NCBI GenBank assembly: GCA_009993005.1
Contig: JAACUH010000067.1
Location: 6,848 to 70,847, forward strand
Source: Rhodobacterales bacterium
GTDB taxonomy: Bacteria > Pseudomonadota > Alphaproteobacteria > Rhodobacterales > Rhodobacteraceae
DNA length: 64,000 nt
Reading direction: 5' to 3'
Shown in pieces: positions 36,506-47,573 of this stretch; within the stretch, counting starts at the first letter, position 1, and the number at the start of each line of letters is the position of its first letter. The notes under the pieces were generated by a model, which searched no databases, was not told the DNA's origin, and saw only the letters and a list, made by a program, of their open reading frames with translations. The translations under genes and the position numbers were made by a program.

Positions 36506-37677
36506 TGGCGGATCTCCTCTTGCGTCTCGGGTGTCTCGCCCGCAGGCGCGCCGTTCAATATGATCTCGAACCGCTCCGGCCCCCCGGGCGCAGCACCTGC
36601 GCCCCGGTCCTGTGCACAAAGGTAGAGCGTGGCGTCGGTCGGGCGCGCTCCCTGGTCCAGTGCCGCGAATTCTGCGCGCGGGTCGTCGCCGAAAAACACC
36701 GTGTGATGGGCGAGCGGCGGGCCGCTGACCGTCGCCGCAAAGGCATGGACATAGGCCGAGAGGCTGCGCGCCTCGAGCGGGCGCGCCTTGACCGCCTTTG
36801 TCACGCCTGGCCCCAGGAGGCCGGTGGCCAGCGCGCGCGGGTCGCCGTTGAACAGCACCGCGTCTGCGGCGATCCGGCCTTGCGGCGTGACCACGGCCGA
36901 GGCGCGGCCGCCCTGCACCTCTACCCTATGCGCGGGCGTGGTGTAGAGAAAGGTCGCGCCGCGCGCGCGGGCCAGCGCCTCGAGCGTTTGCGCGAGCCGG
37001 TGCATCCCGCCTGTCACCGCCCAGACGCCGCGCGCCTCGGAATGCGCGATCAGCGCGAGCAGCGCGGGCGACAGATATGGCGAACCGCCGACATAGGTCG
37101 CATAGCGCGCGAAAAGCTGCGCGAGGCGCGGGTCGCTGAAAGCGCCGCGCAGCATGGCGGCGAGACTGCAGTGTGGGGCCATGTCGGCGATCAGCCGGGG
37201 CCTGCGGGCGACGGTCGCCACGAGCACGCGTTGCGATGGCGCGGCGGTCTGCATCATCGGCGCGTCAAAGGCCTCGTAGAGGCGCGCCGCACGGGCGGCA
37301 AAGCTGCGGAACTCGGCCGCAGCCCTGGGGCCAAAGGCGGTCGCGACATTCGCCGCACTCGCCTCCGTGTCGGCCATCAGGTCGAGCGTCGCGCCATCGG
37401 CCCAGTAATGGCGCGCAAGCACCGGCAGCGGCGCGAGCGTGAGGTGGTCCTCGAGCGTTTCACCCAGATCGGCGAACAGCGCCTCGAACACCGGCCGCAT
37501 GGTCAGCACGGTCGGCCCGGCATCGACCGGCCCCGCGACCGAGGGCACCTGCCGCATCTTGCCACCCGGCGTCGCCATTGCCTCGATCACCGTGACAGCA
37601 TGGCCCGCATGGGCCAGCCGCGCAGCGGCGGCGAGCCCGCCAATTCCGGCGCCGATGATGACAACGTGGTTTTTCAA
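36115..37677 (-). CDS. crtD: 1-hydroxycarotenoid 3,4-desaturase
   Basis: VIIGAGIGGLAAA, DAGPTVLTM, RYATYVGGSP, GGGAHPGAGVPMA; TTG start with GGAGGG RBS. Confidence 0.95.
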   Translation of the reverse strand: MKNHVVIIGAGIGGLAAAARLAHAGHAVTVIEAMATPGGKMRQVPSVAGPVDAGPTVLTMRPVFEALFADLGETLEDHLTLAPLPVLARHYWADGATLDLMADTEASAANVATAFGPRAAAEFRSFAARAARLYEAFDAPMMQTAAPSQRVLVATVARRPRLIADMAPHCSLAAMLRGAFSDPRLAQLFARYATYVGGSPYLSPALLALIAHSEARGVWAVTGGMHRLAQTLEALARARGATFLYTTPAHRVEVQGGRASAVVTPQGRIAADAVLFNGDPRALATGLLGPGVTKAVKARPLEARSLSAYVHAFAATVSGPPLAHHTVFFGDDPRAEFAALDQGARPTDATLYLCAQDRGAGAAPGGPERFEIILNGAPAGETPETQEEIRQCQTQVFSRLERFGLTFTPAPGPESLTTPQGFARMFPGSRGSLYGQSPHGLTAGLARPRARTALAGLYLTGGGAHPGAGVPMAVLSARHAAAAITQDLALRSTSRPTATPGGMLTGSATTASAPSRSSGS

Positions 37678-37717
37678 GGTCCCTCCTGCCCGCGATAGTT
37701 GACTCGCGCGCGGAAAC

Positions 37718-37760
37718 TGTCCAGTCTGATTGACACATAGACTGTCTGATTTGTCTGACA
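37718..37760. promoter_or_regulatory. Tandem PpsR boxes in the crtD-crtE divergent region
   Basis: TGT-CCAGTCTGATTG-ACA (37718-37735) and TGT-CTGATTTGTCTG-ACA (37743-37760). Confidence 0.88.
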
Positions 37761-37783
37761 GTTGCCGGTCGAGGGAGACCAGA

Positions 37784-38665
37784 ATGGGCATTTCGAGCCG
37801 GATCGACGCGGCGATGGCCGCCGCCATCCGCAGCGGGCAGGGCGCGCAGGCGCCCGCGCGGCTCGCCGCGGCGCTGGGCTATGCGGTGACGCCGGGCGGC
37901 GCGCGGATCAGGCCGACGATCCTGATGTCGGTGGCGCTCGCCTGTGGCGACGACCGGCCCGCGCTGTCGGATGCGGCGGCGGCGGCGCTCGAACTCATCC
38001 ATTGCGCGAGCCTCGTGCATGACGATCTGCCCTGTTTTGACGATGCCGACATGCGGCGCGGCAAGCCCGCGGTGCACCGCGCATTCTCGCAGCCGCTCGC
38101 CGTGCTTGCAGGTGACAGCCTGATCGTGAAGGCGTTCGAGGTGCTGGCGCGGGCGGCGGGACATGATCCTGCGCGCGCGGTGGCGCTGATCGACGTGCTG
38201 GCGGTGCGCACGGGCATGCCCTATGGCATCTGCGCCGGGCAGGGATGGGAAAGCGAGAGCCAGATCGACCTGTCCGCCTACCATCAGGCCAAGACCGGCG
38301 CGCTGTTCATCGCGGCCACGCAGATGGGCGCGATCGCCGCCGGGCAGGACGGGGCAGAGTGGGAAGAGCTGGGCGCGCGCATCGGTGAGGCGTTCCAGGT
38401 CGCCGACGACCTGCGCGATGCGCTGTGTGACGAGGCGACGCTGGGCAAGCCCGCGGGCCAGGACGACCTGCATGGCCGCCCCAATGCGGTGCGCCAACTC
38501 GGCCTGCACGGCGCGTTGGCGCGGCTTGACGATATCCTCGCCGGTGCCATCGCCTCGATCCCCGCCTGCCGGGGCGAGGCGGCGCTCGCGCAGATGGTCC
38601 ATGCCTATGCCGACCGACTGGTGCCCGCCACAGCGCGCAACCGGCCGACGGTTCCCGGGGAATAG
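37784..38665 (+). CDS. crtE: Geranylgeranyl diphosphate synthase
   Basis: GGARIRP, HCASLVHDDLPCFDDADMRRG, KTGALF, FQVADDLRD. Confidence 0.95.
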   Translation: MGISSRIDAAMAAAIRSGQGAQAPARLAAALGYAVTPGGARIRPTILMSVALACGDDRPALSDAAAAALELIHCASLVHDDLPCFDDADMRRGKPAVHRAFSQPLAVLAGDSLIVKAFEVLARAAGHDPARAVALIDVLAVRTGMPYGICAGQGWESESQIDLSAYHQAKTGALFIAATQMGAIAAGQDGAEWEELGARIGEAFQVADDLRDALCDEATLGKPAGQDDLHGRPNAVRQLGLHGALARLDDILAGAIASIPACRGEAALAQMVHAYADRLVPATARNRPTVPGE

Positions 38666-38684
38666 CGACAGTGCCGCTGCGACC

Positions 38685-38707
38685 AAAAATTTTCGTAGAA
38701 AATTTTT
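38685..38707. repeat. AT-rich perfect palindrome between crtE and crtF
   Basis: AAAAATTTTC-GTA-GAAAATTTTT, followed by short CCCGGTTC repeats. Confidence 0.75.
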
Positions 38708-38740
38708 CCCTCCCGGTTCCCCGGTTCCCCCGGTGCCGCC

Positions 38741-39874
38741 GTGGCTGAGGTCGGACTGCCTGCCGCCGCTGGGCCTGCCGCACCGCGCGCCGGGCTCGTC
38801 AACCGCCTGGCCGCCTCGCGTGGCTTCCAGTCCTGGGCGGCGCGCTTTGCGTTGACCCGCCGCCTTGTGCGGCGCGAGGGCGAGGCGATGTTCGACCTTG
38901 TCGCCGGCTTTTGCCATTCGCAGATCCTGCTCGCGCTGGTCGAGCTCGACATCCCCGCCACGCTGCTCGCCGCCCCTGCCACGGCCGAGGCTCTGGCCCG
39001 GCGCGCGGCTGTCCCGCCCGAGCGGATGCGCATTCTGCTGCGCGGTGGCATCGCCATCGGCCTCCTGCGTGAGAGGCGCGGCCTTTATGGCCTCACCCGG
39101 CGCGGCGCGGCGCTGACCGGGGTGCCGGGGCTTGCCGGGATGATCGCGCATCACCGGGTGCTCTACCGCGACCTCGCCGACCCCGTTGCCTTTTTCCGCG
39201 GTGAAACAGAGACTGAACTGGCCGCATTCTGGCCCTATGTCTTTGGCGCCGGCGCCGCGCAGGACCCCGAGACCGCGCAGACCTATTCGCGCCTCATGGC
39301 CGACAGTCAGGTGCTGGTGGCCGAGGATACGCTCGCCGCTGTGCCGCTTGCGGGGATCACGCGGCTGATGGATGTTGGCGGCGGAACCGGCGCGTTTCTC
39401 GCGGCCGTCGCCGTGCGCTGGCCGGAGGTGGCTCTGTCGCTCTTCGACCTGCCTGCGGTGGTCCCTGCCGCGCGCGCGCGGTTCGACCTTGCGGGGCTGG
39501 GCGACCGGCTCATGATCCATCCCGGCTCGTTCCGCGACGACCCGCTGCCTGCGGGTGCCGATGCGATCAGCCTGGTGCGGGTGCTCTATGACCATTCCGA
39601 CGACACCGTGCGCGCGCTGCTGCGTGCGGTGCATGCCGCGCTGCCGCCCGGCGGGCGGCTGATCGTGTCCGAGCCGATGACAGGTGGTGCCGATCCGCAA
39701 CGCGCGGGTGACGCCTATTTCGCGCTCTACTGTCTGGCGATGCGCACGGGCCGCGCGCGCTCGGCAGTTGAAATCTCCGAATTGCTGCGCGCGGCGGGCT
39801 TTTGCGCCATCGCCACGCCGCGCCCGGCGCGCCCCTTCATCACCAGCGTGGTGACAGCCGTCAAATCTGATTGA
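38741..39874 (+). CDS. crtF: Hydroxyneurosporene O-methyltransferase
   Basis: [29 protein letters not shown] motif, LVRVLYDH. Confidence 0.94.
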   Translation: MAEVGLPAAAGPAAPRAGLVNRLAASRGFQSWAARFALTRRLVRREGEAMFDLVAGFCHSQILLALVELDIPATLLAAPATAEALARRAAVPPERMRILLRGGIAIGLLRERRGLYGLTRRGAALTGVPGLAGMIAHHRVLYRDLADPVAFFRGETETELAAFWPYVFGAGAAQDPETAQTYSRLMADSQVLVAEDTLAAVPLAGITRLMDVGGGTGAFLAAVAVRWPEVALSLFDLPAVVPAARARFDLAGLGDRLMIHPGSFRDDPLPAGADAISLVRVLYDHSDDTVRALLRAVHAALPPGGRLIVSEPMTGGADPQRAGDAYFALYCLAMRTGRARSAVEISELLRAAGFCAIATPRPARPFITSVVTAVKSD

Positions 39875-39883
39875 CAGGACAAC

Positions 39884-39927
39884 TGTCTAAACAGATTGAC
39901 AGATCAAACTGTAAGGCTAGACTTACA
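39884..39927. promoter_or_regulatory. Tandem PpsR boxes (8-bp spacing) at the bchC promoter
   Basis: TGT-CTAAACAGATTG-ACA (39884-39901) and TGT-AAGGCTAGACTT-ACA (39910-39927). Confidence 0.9.
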
Positions 39928-39996
39928 CCAAGGGACAATGTTCCCACCGAATCCTGTCACTCATGACCGGACCGGCAAAGAGGGGGACCAGCGATC

Positions 39997-40938
39997 GTGC
40001 AGACGCAAGCCGTCATACTGACCGCGCCAGAGCAGCTCGAGCTCGGCACGCTGGGTCTCACCCCGCCTGCGGCGGATGACCTTGTCGTCGCGATCTCGCA
40101 TTCCGGCATTTCCACCGGCACCGAAAAACTGTTCTGGTCGGGCCAGATGCCGCCCTTTCCCGGCATGGGTTATCCGCTTGTCCCCGGTTACGAATCGGCG
40201 GGCGAAGTGGTCGAGGCCGGGGCGGATACCGGGTTTCGCGTGGGCGAGCGGGTCTTTGTGCCCGGCGCGTCCTGCTATGTCGGCGCCTTCGGGCTTTTTG
40301 GCGGGGCTGCGGCCTGTGTCGTGACCAAGGCGTCGCGCGTGACCCGCATCGACGCTGGCCTTGGCGCCGAGGGCGCGCTTCTGGCGCTCGCCGCCACCGC
40401 GCGGCATGCGATGGCGGGGCCGGGCAAGGCCGTGCCGGACCTGATCGTGGGGCATGGCGTGCTGGGCCGGCTGCTGGCGCGGCTGACGATTGCCGCGGGC
40501 GCCCCTGCGCCGACCGTCTGGGACATCAACCCCGACCGCATGACCGGCGCGCAGGGCTATGAGGTGATCGCGCCCGAGGCCGACACGCGCCGCGACTACC
40601 GGTCGATCTATGATGCCTCGGGCCGCGCCGATCTGCTCAACGACCTGATCCCGCGCCTGGCCAGGGGTGGCGAGATCGTGCTGGCGGGGTTCTATACCCA
40701 GCCGCTGAGTTTCGCCTTTCCGCCCGCCTTCATGAAGGAAGCGCGGCTGCGCATCGCGGCGGAATGGGCGCCCGACGACATGGTGGCGACACGCTCGCTG
40801 GTGGAAAGCGGCGCGCTGTCGCTGGGCGGGCTCATCACCCATACCGCCCGCGCGACCGACGCATCCGCCGCCTACAGGACCGCGTTCAGCGACCCGTCCT
40901 GCCTCAAGATGATCCTCGACTGGAAAGGCCGGGCATGA
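39997..40938 (+). CDS. bchC: 3-hydroxyethyl bacteriochlorophyllide a dehydrogenase
   Basis: [37 protein letters not shown]. Confidence 0.95.
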   Translation: MQTQAVILTAPEQLELGTLGLTPPAADDLVVAISHSGISTGTEKLFWSGQMPPFPGMGYPLVPGYESAGEVVEAGADTGFRVGERVFVPGASCYVGAFGLFGGAAACVVTKASRVTRIDAGLGAEGALLALAATARHAMAGPGKAVPDLIVGHGVLGRLLARLTIAAGAPAPTVWDINPDRMTGAQGYEVIAPEADTRRDYRSIYDASGRADLLNDLIPRLARGGEIVLAGFYTQPLSFAFPPAFMKEARLRIAAEWAPDDMVATRSLVESGALSLGGLITHTARATDASAAYRTAFSDPSCLKMILDWKGRA

Positions 40939-41939
40939 CCCTCGATATCCCCAATCTCAAGGACTTCGACCAGCGCCTGCGCGACGAAGCGCATGAAGAG
41001 CCGACGCTCGAGGTGCCGCAGGGCGAGCCCACGAAGCATACCCAGATCATCGCGATCTATGGCAAGGGCGGTATCGGCAAATCCTTTACGCTCGCCAATC
41101 TCAGCCACATGATGGCCGAAATGGGCAAGCGGGTGCTGCTGATCGGCTGCGACCCCAAGTCCGACACCACGAGCCTCCTGTTCGGCGGCAAGGCCTGCCC
41201 GACGATCATCGAAACCTCGAGCCGCAAGAAGCTTGCCGGCGAAGAGGTTGCCATCGGTGACGTATGCTTCAAGCGCGGCGGTGTCTTTGCGATGGAGCTT
41301 GGCGGGCCCGAGGTCGGGCGCGGCTGCGGCGGGCGCGGGATCATCCACGGCTTTGAGCTGCTGGAGAAGCTGGGCTTTCATGACTGGGATTTCGACTATG
41401 TGCTGCTCGATTTTCTGGGCGACGTGGTCTGCGGCGGCTTTGGCCTGCCGATCGCGCGGGACATGGCGCAAAAGGTGATCCTGGTCGGGTCGAACGATCT
41501 GCAATCGCTTTATGTCGCCAACAACGTCTGTTCGGCGGTGGAGTATTTCCGCAAGCTCGGCGGCAATGTCGGCGTGGCGGGGCTCGTGATCAACAAGGAT
41601 GACGGCACCGGCGAGGCGCAGGCCTTTGCCAGGGCTGTCGGTATCCCGGTGCTGGCCGCGATCCCGCAGGACGACGATCTGCGCAAGAAATCCGCCAATT
41701 ACCAGATCGTCGGCACGATGCAGAGCCAATGGGGCCCGATGTTCGTGGGTCTGGCCGAGGCGGTGGGCCTTGCCCCGCCGGTGCGGCCCAAGGCGCTCAA
41801 CCAGGACGGGCTGCTCGCGCTGTTCGATGCCAAGGATACCGGCGGCGACTATCAACTTGTGCCTGCCAGTGACGCCGACATGCGCGGCAAGTTCGCGGTC
41901 GTGCGGGAAAGCCTCGAGGTCATCTATGACGATGCGTGA
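40935..41939 (+). CDS. bchX: Chlorophyllide a reductase iron protein
   Basis: [44 protein letters not shown]-coupled to bchC. Confidence 0.97.
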   Translation: MTLDIPNLKDFDQRLRDEAHEEPTLEVPQGEPTKHTQIIAIYGKGGIGKSFTLANLSHMMAEMGKRVLLIGCDPKSDTTSLLFGGKACPTIIETSSRKKLAGEEVAIGDVCFKRGGVFAMELGGPEVGRGCGGRGIIHGFELLEKLGFHDWDFDYVLLDFLGDVVCGGFGLPIARDMAQKVILVGSNDLQSLYVANNVCSAVEYFRKLGGNVGVAGLVINKDDGTGEAQAFARAVGIPVLAAIPQDDDLRKKSANYQIVGTMQSQWGPMFVGLAEAVGLAPPVRPKALNQDGLLALFDAKDTGGDYQLVPASDADMRGKFAVVRESLEVIYDDA

Positions 41940-43515
41940 TCTCATGGACGGCGCCGGCGCGGGGGCTCTGCCCCCCGTCCCCGATGGGGACGTCCCCCGG
42001 GATATTTCGGGCCAAAAGATGGATGCGGGTCTGCCTGTGGATGGCATGGGCTGTCATGCCGGGGCGGGTGCGCTGCAGGCGGCGGCGCGGGCGGCGGGCA
42101 AGTCCGAGATCCTGGATCAATATGCGCGGGACTATCCGCAAGGGCCGCATGACCAGCCACAGTCGATGTGCCCGGCCTTTGGGTCCTTGCGTGTGGGTCT
42201 GCGGATGCGGCGGGTGGCAACGGTGCTGTCGGGCTCGGCCTGCTGTGTCTATGGGCTGACCTTTGTCAGCCATTTCTACGGGGCGCGGCGGTCGGTCGGT
42301 TATGTGCCGTTCAACTCCGAGACGCTGGTCACGGGCAAGCTCTTTGAGGATATCCGCGAGGCGGTGCATGATATCGCGGACCCCGCGAATTATGACGCCA
42401 TCGTGGTGACGAACCTCTGTGTGCCGACTGCCTCGGGCGTGCCGCTGCGGCTTTTGCCGGATGAGATCAACGGCGTGCGGATCGTGGGGATCGACGTGCC
42501 GGGCTTTGGCATTCCGACCCATGCCGAGGCCAAGGATGTGCTGGCGGGCGCGATGCTGGCCTATGCGCGCAAGGAAATCATGGCGGGGCCGGTGGCGGCG
42601 CCTGTGGGCGGCAAGTCGGACCGGCCGACCGTGAGCCTTTTGGGCGAGATGTTTCCCGCCGATCCGGTGATGATCGGCGCGATGCTGGCGCCGCTGGGGC
42701 TGGCCGTGGGGCCGGTTGTGCCGGCGCGCGAATGGCGCGAGCTTTATGCCGCGCTTGACTGCGGGGCGGTGGCGGCGATCCATCCGTTCTATACGGCGGC
42801 TGTGCGTGAGTTCGAGGCGGCAGGGCGGCCCGTGGTCGGCTCGGCGCCGGTGGGCCATGACGGCACGGCGGCCTGGCTGGCCGCGATCGGCGACGCGTTC
42901 GGTCTGCCGGCTGACCGCGTCGCGGCAGCGCAGAACGCATTCCTGCCAGCGATCAGGGGCGCGCTGGCGGCGGCGCCGATCAAGGGGACGATCACGCTGT
43001 CGGGCTATGAGGGGTCGGAACTGCTGGTCGCGCGGCTGCTGATCGAGAGTGGCGCGGATGTGCCCTATGTCGGCACCGCCTGTCCGAAAACCCGCTGGTC
43101 CGCCGATGACGCCGCATGGCTCGAGGCGCGCGGCGTCAAGGTCAAGTATCGCGCCAGTCTTCAGGATGACCTGTCGGCGATGGAGGCGATCCGCCCCGAC
43201 CTCGCCATCGGCACGACGCCTGTCGTGCAGAAGGCCAAGGAGATGGGCGTGCCGGGGCTCTATTTCACCAACCTCATCTCTGCCCGGCCGCTGATGGGGC
43301 CGGCGGGGGCGGGTTCGCTCGGCCAGGTGATCAATGCCGCGATTGCGGGCAAGGATCGCATGGACAAGATGAAGGCGTTCTTTGCCGGTGTGGGCGAAGG
43401 CGACACCGCCGGGATCTGGGAGGGCAGCCCCAACCTGCGCCCCGATTTCCGTGCGCAGCATCAGAAGAAGCTCGACAAACTGGCGCGCGCGGCCAAGGCC
43501 GAGGAGATGATCTGA
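41926..43515 (+). CDS. bchY: Chlorophyllide a reductase subunit Y
   Basis: [39 protein letters not shown]; start uncertain (41926, 41932, 41944 or 42019). Confidence 0.95.
   Translation: MTMRDLMDGAGAGALPPVPDGDVPRDISGQKMDAGLPVDGMGCHAGAGALQAAARAAGKSEILDQYARDYPQGPHDQPQSMCPAFGSLRVGLRMRRVATVLSGSACCVYGLTFVSHFYGARRSVGYVPFNSETLVTGKLFEDIREAVHDIADPANYDAIVVTNLCVPTASGVPLRLLPDEINGVRIVGIDVPGFGIPTHAEAKDVLAGAMLAYARKEIMAGPVAAPVGGKSDRPTVSLLGEMFPADPVMIGAMLAPLGLAVGPVVPAREWRELYAALDCGAVAAIHPFYTAAVREFEAAGRPVVGSAPVGHDGTAAWLAAIGDAFGLPADRVAAAQNAFLPAIRGALAAAPIKGTITLSGYEGSELLVARLLIESGADVPYVGTACPKTRWSADDAAWLEARGVKVKYRASLQDDLSAMEAIRPDLAIGTTPVVQKAKEMGVPGLYFTNLISARPLMGPAGAGSLGQVINAAIAGKDRMDKMKAFFAGVGEGDTAGIWEGSPNLRPDFRAQHQKKLDKLARAAKAEEMI
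41961..42023 (+). repeat. Dispersed palindromic repeat, copy C, in frame in the bchY 5' region
   Basis: GGGGGCTCTGCCCCC-CGTCCCC-GAT-GGGGACG-TCCCCCGGGATATTTCGGGCCAAAAGATGGA. Confidence 0.88.
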
Positions 43516-44978
43516 TGCTCGTCATGGATCATGATCGCGCGGGCGGCTACTGGGGGGCGGTTTACGCCTTTTGCGCCGTCAAGGGCTTGCAGGTGGTGAT
43601 CGACGGCCCGGTGGGCTGCGAGAATCTGCCGGTGACCTCCGTGCTGCATTACACCGACGGCCTGCCGCCGCATGAGTTGCCCATTGTCGTCACCGGCCTG
43701 GGCGAGAGCGAGATGGGCGCGGGCACCGAGGAGGCGATGAAACGCGCCTGGCAGACGCTCGACCCGGCGCTGCCGGCGGTCGTGGTGACGGGCTCCATCG
43801 CCGAGATGATCGGGGGCGGCGTGACGCCGCAGGGCACCAATATCCAGCGCTTTCTGCCGCGCACCATCGACGAGGACCAGTGGCAGAGCGCGGACCGTGC
43901 GATGACCTGGATCTTTACCGAATTCGGCATGACCAAGGGCCGCATGCCGCCGGAGAAAAAGCGCGAGGCGGGCGATGCGCCGCGCGTCAATATCCTCGGG
44001 CCGATGTATGGCACGTTCAACATGCCGTCCGACCTGCACGAGATCCGCAGGCTGGTCGAAGGGATCGGCGCGCAGGTCAACATGGTGATGCCGCTGGGCG
44101 CGCATGTGGCCGAGATGCGCAATCTGGTGAATGCGGATGTCAACATCTGCATGTATCGCGAGTTTGGCCGGGGGCTCGCCGAGGTGCTGGGCAAGCCCTA
44201 TCTGCAAGCGCCCTTTGGCATCGAGAGCACGACACTGTTCCTGCGCAAGCTGGGCGAGATGCTGGGGCTCGATCCCGAGCCGTTCATCGAGCGGGAAAAG
44301 CATTCCACGATCAAGCCGGTCTGGGATCTGTGGCGGTCCGTCACGCAGGATTTCTATGCCACGGCCGAATTCGCCATCGTCGCGAACGAGACCTATACGC
44401 GCGGCGTGCGCAACTACCTCGAAGGCGATCTGGGCTTTCCCTGCGCCTTTGCCGTGGCGCGCAGGCGCGGCGCCAAGACCGACAATGACGAAGTGCGCCG
44501 CCTGATGCGGACCAAGCGCCCGCTCATCGTCATGGGGTCGATCAACGAAAAGATGTATCTGGCCGAGATGAAGGGCGGGCATGGGCCGCAGCCTGTGTTC
44601 ATCCCCGCGTCCTTTCCGGGTGCCGCGATCCGGCGGGCCACAGGGACCCCATTTATGGGATATGCGGGTGCCACCTACATGTTGCAAGAGGTCTGCAACG
44701 GCCTCTTTGACGCACTCTTTCACATTCTGCCGCTGGCGACCGAGATGGACGCCGCGCAGGCCACGCTGACGCCGTTGCGCCGCGACTTCCCCTGGGATGC
44801 CGATGCGCAGCGCCGCCTGGACGAGATTGTCGCCAGTCATCCGATCCTCACCCGCATTTCGGCGGCCAAGTCCCTGCGCGATGCCGCAGAGCGGGCCGCG
44901 CTGGATGCGGGGGCAGAGCGGGTCGTGCTGGAGACCGTCGAAATGCTTGAACCCAATCTGGGAGGATCAGGGACATGA
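43515..44978 (+). CDS. bchZ: Chlorophyllide a reductase subunit Z
   Basis: [37 protein letters not shown]. Confidence 0.97.
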   Translation: MLVMDHDRAGGYWGAVYAFCAVKGLQVVIDGPVGCENLPVTSVLHYTDGLPPHELPIVVTGLGESEMGAGTEEAMKRAWQTLDPALPAVVVTGSIAEMIGGGVTPQGTNIQRFLPRTIDEDQWQSADRAMTWIFTEFGMTKGRMPPEKKREAGDAPRVNILGPMYGTFNMPSDLHEIRRLVEGIGAQVNMVMPLGAHVAEMRNLVNADVNICMYREFGRGLAEVLGKPYLQAPFGIESTTLFLRKLGEMLGLDPEPFIEREKHSTIKPVWDLWRSVTQDFYATAEFAIVANETYTRGVRNYLEGDLGFPCAFAVARRRGAKTDNDEVRRLMRTKRPLIVMGSINEKMYLAEMKGGHGPQPVFIPASFPGAAIRRATGTPFMGYAGATYMLQEVCNGLFDALFHILPLATEMDAAQATLTPLRRDFPWDADAQRRLDEIVASHPILTRISAAKSLRDAAERAALDAGAERVVLETVEMLEPNLGGSGT

Positions 44979-45199
44979 CCGACTTCACTTCGGATACGCC
45001 GGTTCTGCGGGCGCGTTCTGCGCCCCCCAAACGGGAATACTACGCCTATTTCGCGATCATCTTTCTGGCAGCCCTGCCGCTGGCGACCCTGACCTGGGCG
45101 CTGGGCGCGGCGCGCCGGTTCGAGATGCCGGAAAAAGGCCCCCTTGCGCGCGCCTGGACCCAGGCCCGCATCATCACGCCGCAGATCTTTTCGGCGTGA
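44975..45199 (+). CDS. pufQ: PufQ
   Basis: [32 protein letters not shown] between bchZ and pufB. Confidence 0.92.
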   Translation: MTDFTSDTPVLRARSAPPKREYYAYFAIIFLAALPLATLTWALGAARRFEMPEKGPLARAWTQARIITPQIFSA

Positions 45200-45207
45200 C
45201 ACCCCAT

Positions 45208-45266
45208 TGGTGCCGGCCCCCCGGGCCAGGCACCTGCGACTTCGCCTCCCCCACAAAGGGGGGCGA
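45208..45266 (+). terminator. Two hairpins in the pufQ-pufB intercistronic region (mRNA processing/stability)
   Basis: GGTGCC-GGCCC..GGGCC-AGGCACC and TCGCCTCCC..GGGGGGCGA stems. Confidence 0.45.
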
Positions 45267-45348
45267 TCACAAGGGCAGGAGATGACCTCCTGTCGAGACC
45301 CGGCCGCGGGGGACGTGCGGTGTCAGTACAATTTTTCGGAGGAAAAAC

Positions 45349-45504
45349 ATGGCTGATAAATCCGACCTGTCGTTCACAGGTCTCACTGACGAGCAGGCAC
45401 AGGAGCTGCACTCGGTGTACATGAGCGGGCTGTGGATCTTCACGATCATCGCAGTCGTCGCGCATGTCCTGACGTACATCAAACTGCCCTGGTTCAGCTG
45501 GTAA
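45349..45504 (+). CDS. pufB: LH1 beta polypeptide
   Basis: Not in the ORF track (51 aa): [59 protein letters not shown]. Confidence 0.97.
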   Translation: MADKSDLSFTGLTDEQAQELHSVYMSGLWIFTIIAVVAHVLTYIKLPWFSW

Positions 45505-45519
45505 GGAAGGACACACACA

Positions 45520-45672
45520 ATGGCACAGTTCTACAAGATCTGGCTCATCTTCGACCCCCGCCGCGTGTTCGTGGCGCAGGGCGTGTTCCTTTTCCTGCTG
45601 GCAGCGATGATTCACCTCGTCCTGCTGAGCAACGAAAAGACCAACTGGCTCACGCTGGCTTTCGGCCAGTAA
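45520..45672 (+). CDS. pufA: LH1 alpha polypeptide
   Basis: Not in the ORF track (50 aa): [50 protein letters not shown]. Confidence 0.97.
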   Translation: MAQFYKIWLIFDPRRVFVAQGVFLFLLAAMIHLVLLSNEKTNWLTLAFGQ

Positions 45673-45789
45673 GCCGTTCGGCCAAGACAAGGCTGCGGGC
45701 GGGGCCAAGCGTCCGCCCGCGGCAAACCCGACAGTCTGAGACGGTCCCGCATCAGGATGCGGGATGACGCTCGTTAATGGAGACGGAAG

Positions 45790-46620
45790 ATGGCTCAGCT
45801 CAGCTTCGAAAGAAAATACCGCGTCCGAGGCGGGACGCTGGTCGGCGGGGATTTGTTCGATTTCTGGGTGGGCCCGTTCTATGTGGGCTTCTTCGGGGTC
45901 ACGACGATCTTTTTCGCCGTCCTGGGGACGATCCTTATATTTTACGGGGCTTCGCAGGGGCCGACATGGAATCCCTGGCTGATCTCGATCAACCCGCCGT
46001 CGCTTGAATACGGCCTTGGTGCAGCACCCCTGTTGCAAGGCGGCCTGTGGCAGATCATCACGATCTGTGCCATCGGCGCCTTTGTCAGCTGGATGATGCG
46101 CGAGGTCGAGATCTGCCGCAAGCTCGGCATCGGCTACCACGTGCCCTTTGCCTTTGGCATCGCGATCCTGGCCTATGTGACGCTCGTCGTCATCCGCCCG
46201 GTCCTGATGGGGGCCTGGGGTTATGCGTTTCCCTACGGGATCTTCAGTCACCTCGACTGGGTGAACAACACCGGCTACGCCTACGGCAACTTTCACTACA
46301 ATCCCGCGCATATGATCGCGATCAGCTTCTTCTTCATCAATGCTGTCGCGCTTGCCCTGCACGGGTCGCTCGTTCTGTCCGCGGTGAACCCCGCCAAGGG
46401 CCAGACCGTGCGCACGCCGGACCACGAGGACACCTATTTCCGCGACCTGATCGGCTATTCGATCGGGCCCTTGGGCATTCACCGTCTGGGCCTGTTCCTG
46501 GCGCTGAGCGCCGTGTTCTGGAGCGCGGTCTGTATCGTGATTTCGGGCACCATCTGGTTCGACGAATGGATCGTGTGGTGGGATTGGTATGCAGAATTGC
46601 CCTGGTGGGCGGACCTGTAA
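45790..46620 (+). CDS. pufL: Reaction centre L subunit
   Basis: [37 protein letters not shown]. Confidence 0.99.
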   Translation: MAQLSFERKYRVRGGTLVGGDLFDFWVGPFYVGFFGVTTIFFAVLGTILIFYGASQGPTWNPWLISINPPSLEYGLGAAPLLQGGLWQIITICAIGAFVSWMMREVEICRKLGIGYHVPFAFGIAILAYVTLVVIRPVLMGAWGYAFPYGIFSHLDWVNNTGYAYGNFHYNPAHMIAISFFFINAVALALHGSLVLSAVNPAKGQTVRTPDHEDTYFRDLIGYSIGPLGIHRLGLFLALSAVFWSAVCIVISGTIWFDEWIVWWDWYAELPWWADL

Positions 46621-46634
46621 GGAGGACCTGACAA

Positions 46635-47561
46635 ATGGCTGAATATCAGAACATTTTTACCCAGGTTCAGATTCAGGGCCCCGCCGAAATGGGCATGGCC
46701 GGCGATCTGGACACCAACCGCGAGCGTACGACGAACACGCGGTTCTCGACCCTGCTGGGGTCATTCGGCAACGCCCAGATCGGGCCCGTTCATCTGGGCT
46801 CCTACGGGCTGGTGTCGGTGATCAGCTTTGCCGCCTGGTTTTTCATCATCGGGATGAACTTCTGGGCGCAGGTTGACTACAGCCCCGCGCTGTTCCTGCG
46901 CGAGCTGTTCTGGCTCTCGCTCGAGCCGCCTTCGCCGTCCTACGGCCTGGGCTTTGCGCCGCTCGATGAAGGCGGATGGTGGCTGATCGCCAGCTTCTTC
47001 TTCCTCGTCGGTTGCTGGACATGGTGGATCCGCACCTATCGGCGGGCAGAAGCGCTGGGCATGGGTCACCATGTCACCTGGGCCTTCACCTCGCTGCTGT
47101 GGCTCATCATGGTGCTTGGCCTTATCCGGCCGATCCTGATGGGAAGCTGGTCCGAGGCGGTGCCCTATGGCATCTTCTCGCACCTCGACTGGACCAACCT
47201 GTTCTCGATCACCTACGGCAACCTGTTCTACAACCCGTTCCACGCGCTCTCGATCGCCTTCCTCTATGGCTCGGCCCTGCTGTTTGCCATGCATGGGGCG
47301 ACGATCCTCGCGGTCAGCCGCTTTGGCGGTGAACGCGAGATCGAACAGATCGTGGATCGTGGCACGGCGTCCGAACGTGCGGCGCTGTTCTGGCGCTGGA
47401 CCATGGGCTTCAACGCCACGATGGAGGGTATCCACCGCTGGGCCTGGTGGTTCGCAGTCCTCACGCCGCTTGCGGGCGGCATCGGGATCCTGCTGACCGG
47501 GACTGTCGTGGACAACTGGTATGTCTGGGCGCAAGTCCATGGCTATGCCCCGCCGAACTGA
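46635..47561 (+). CDS. pufM: Reaction centre M subunit
   Basis: [53 protein letters not shown]. Confidence 0.99.
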   Translation: MAEYQNIFTQVQIQGPAEMGMAGDLDTNRERTTNTRFSTLLGSFGNAQIGPVHLGSYGLVSVISFAAWFFIIGMNFWAQVDYSPALFLRELFWLSLEPPSPSYGLGFAPLDEGGWWLIASFFFLVGCWTWWIRTYRRAEALGMGHHVTWAFTSLLWLIMVLGLIRPILMGSWSEAVPYGIFSHLDWTNLFSITYGNLFYNPFHALSIAFLYGSALLFAMHGATILAVSRFGGEREIEQIVDRGTASERAALFWRWTMGFNATMEGIHRWAWWFAVLTPLAGGIGILLTGTVVDNWYVWAQVHGYAPPN

Positions 47562-47573
47562 GGAGAGTGAGAA

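Noticed and set aside
40935..44978. Nitrogenase-like genes
   Set aside because: Motifs and context identify them as bchXYZ chlorophyllide reductase, not nif genes.
45790..47561. Unusual cofactor ligands in PufL/PufM
   Set aside because: The His ligands, the M-subunit Tyr and the quinone-site motifs inspected all look canonical.
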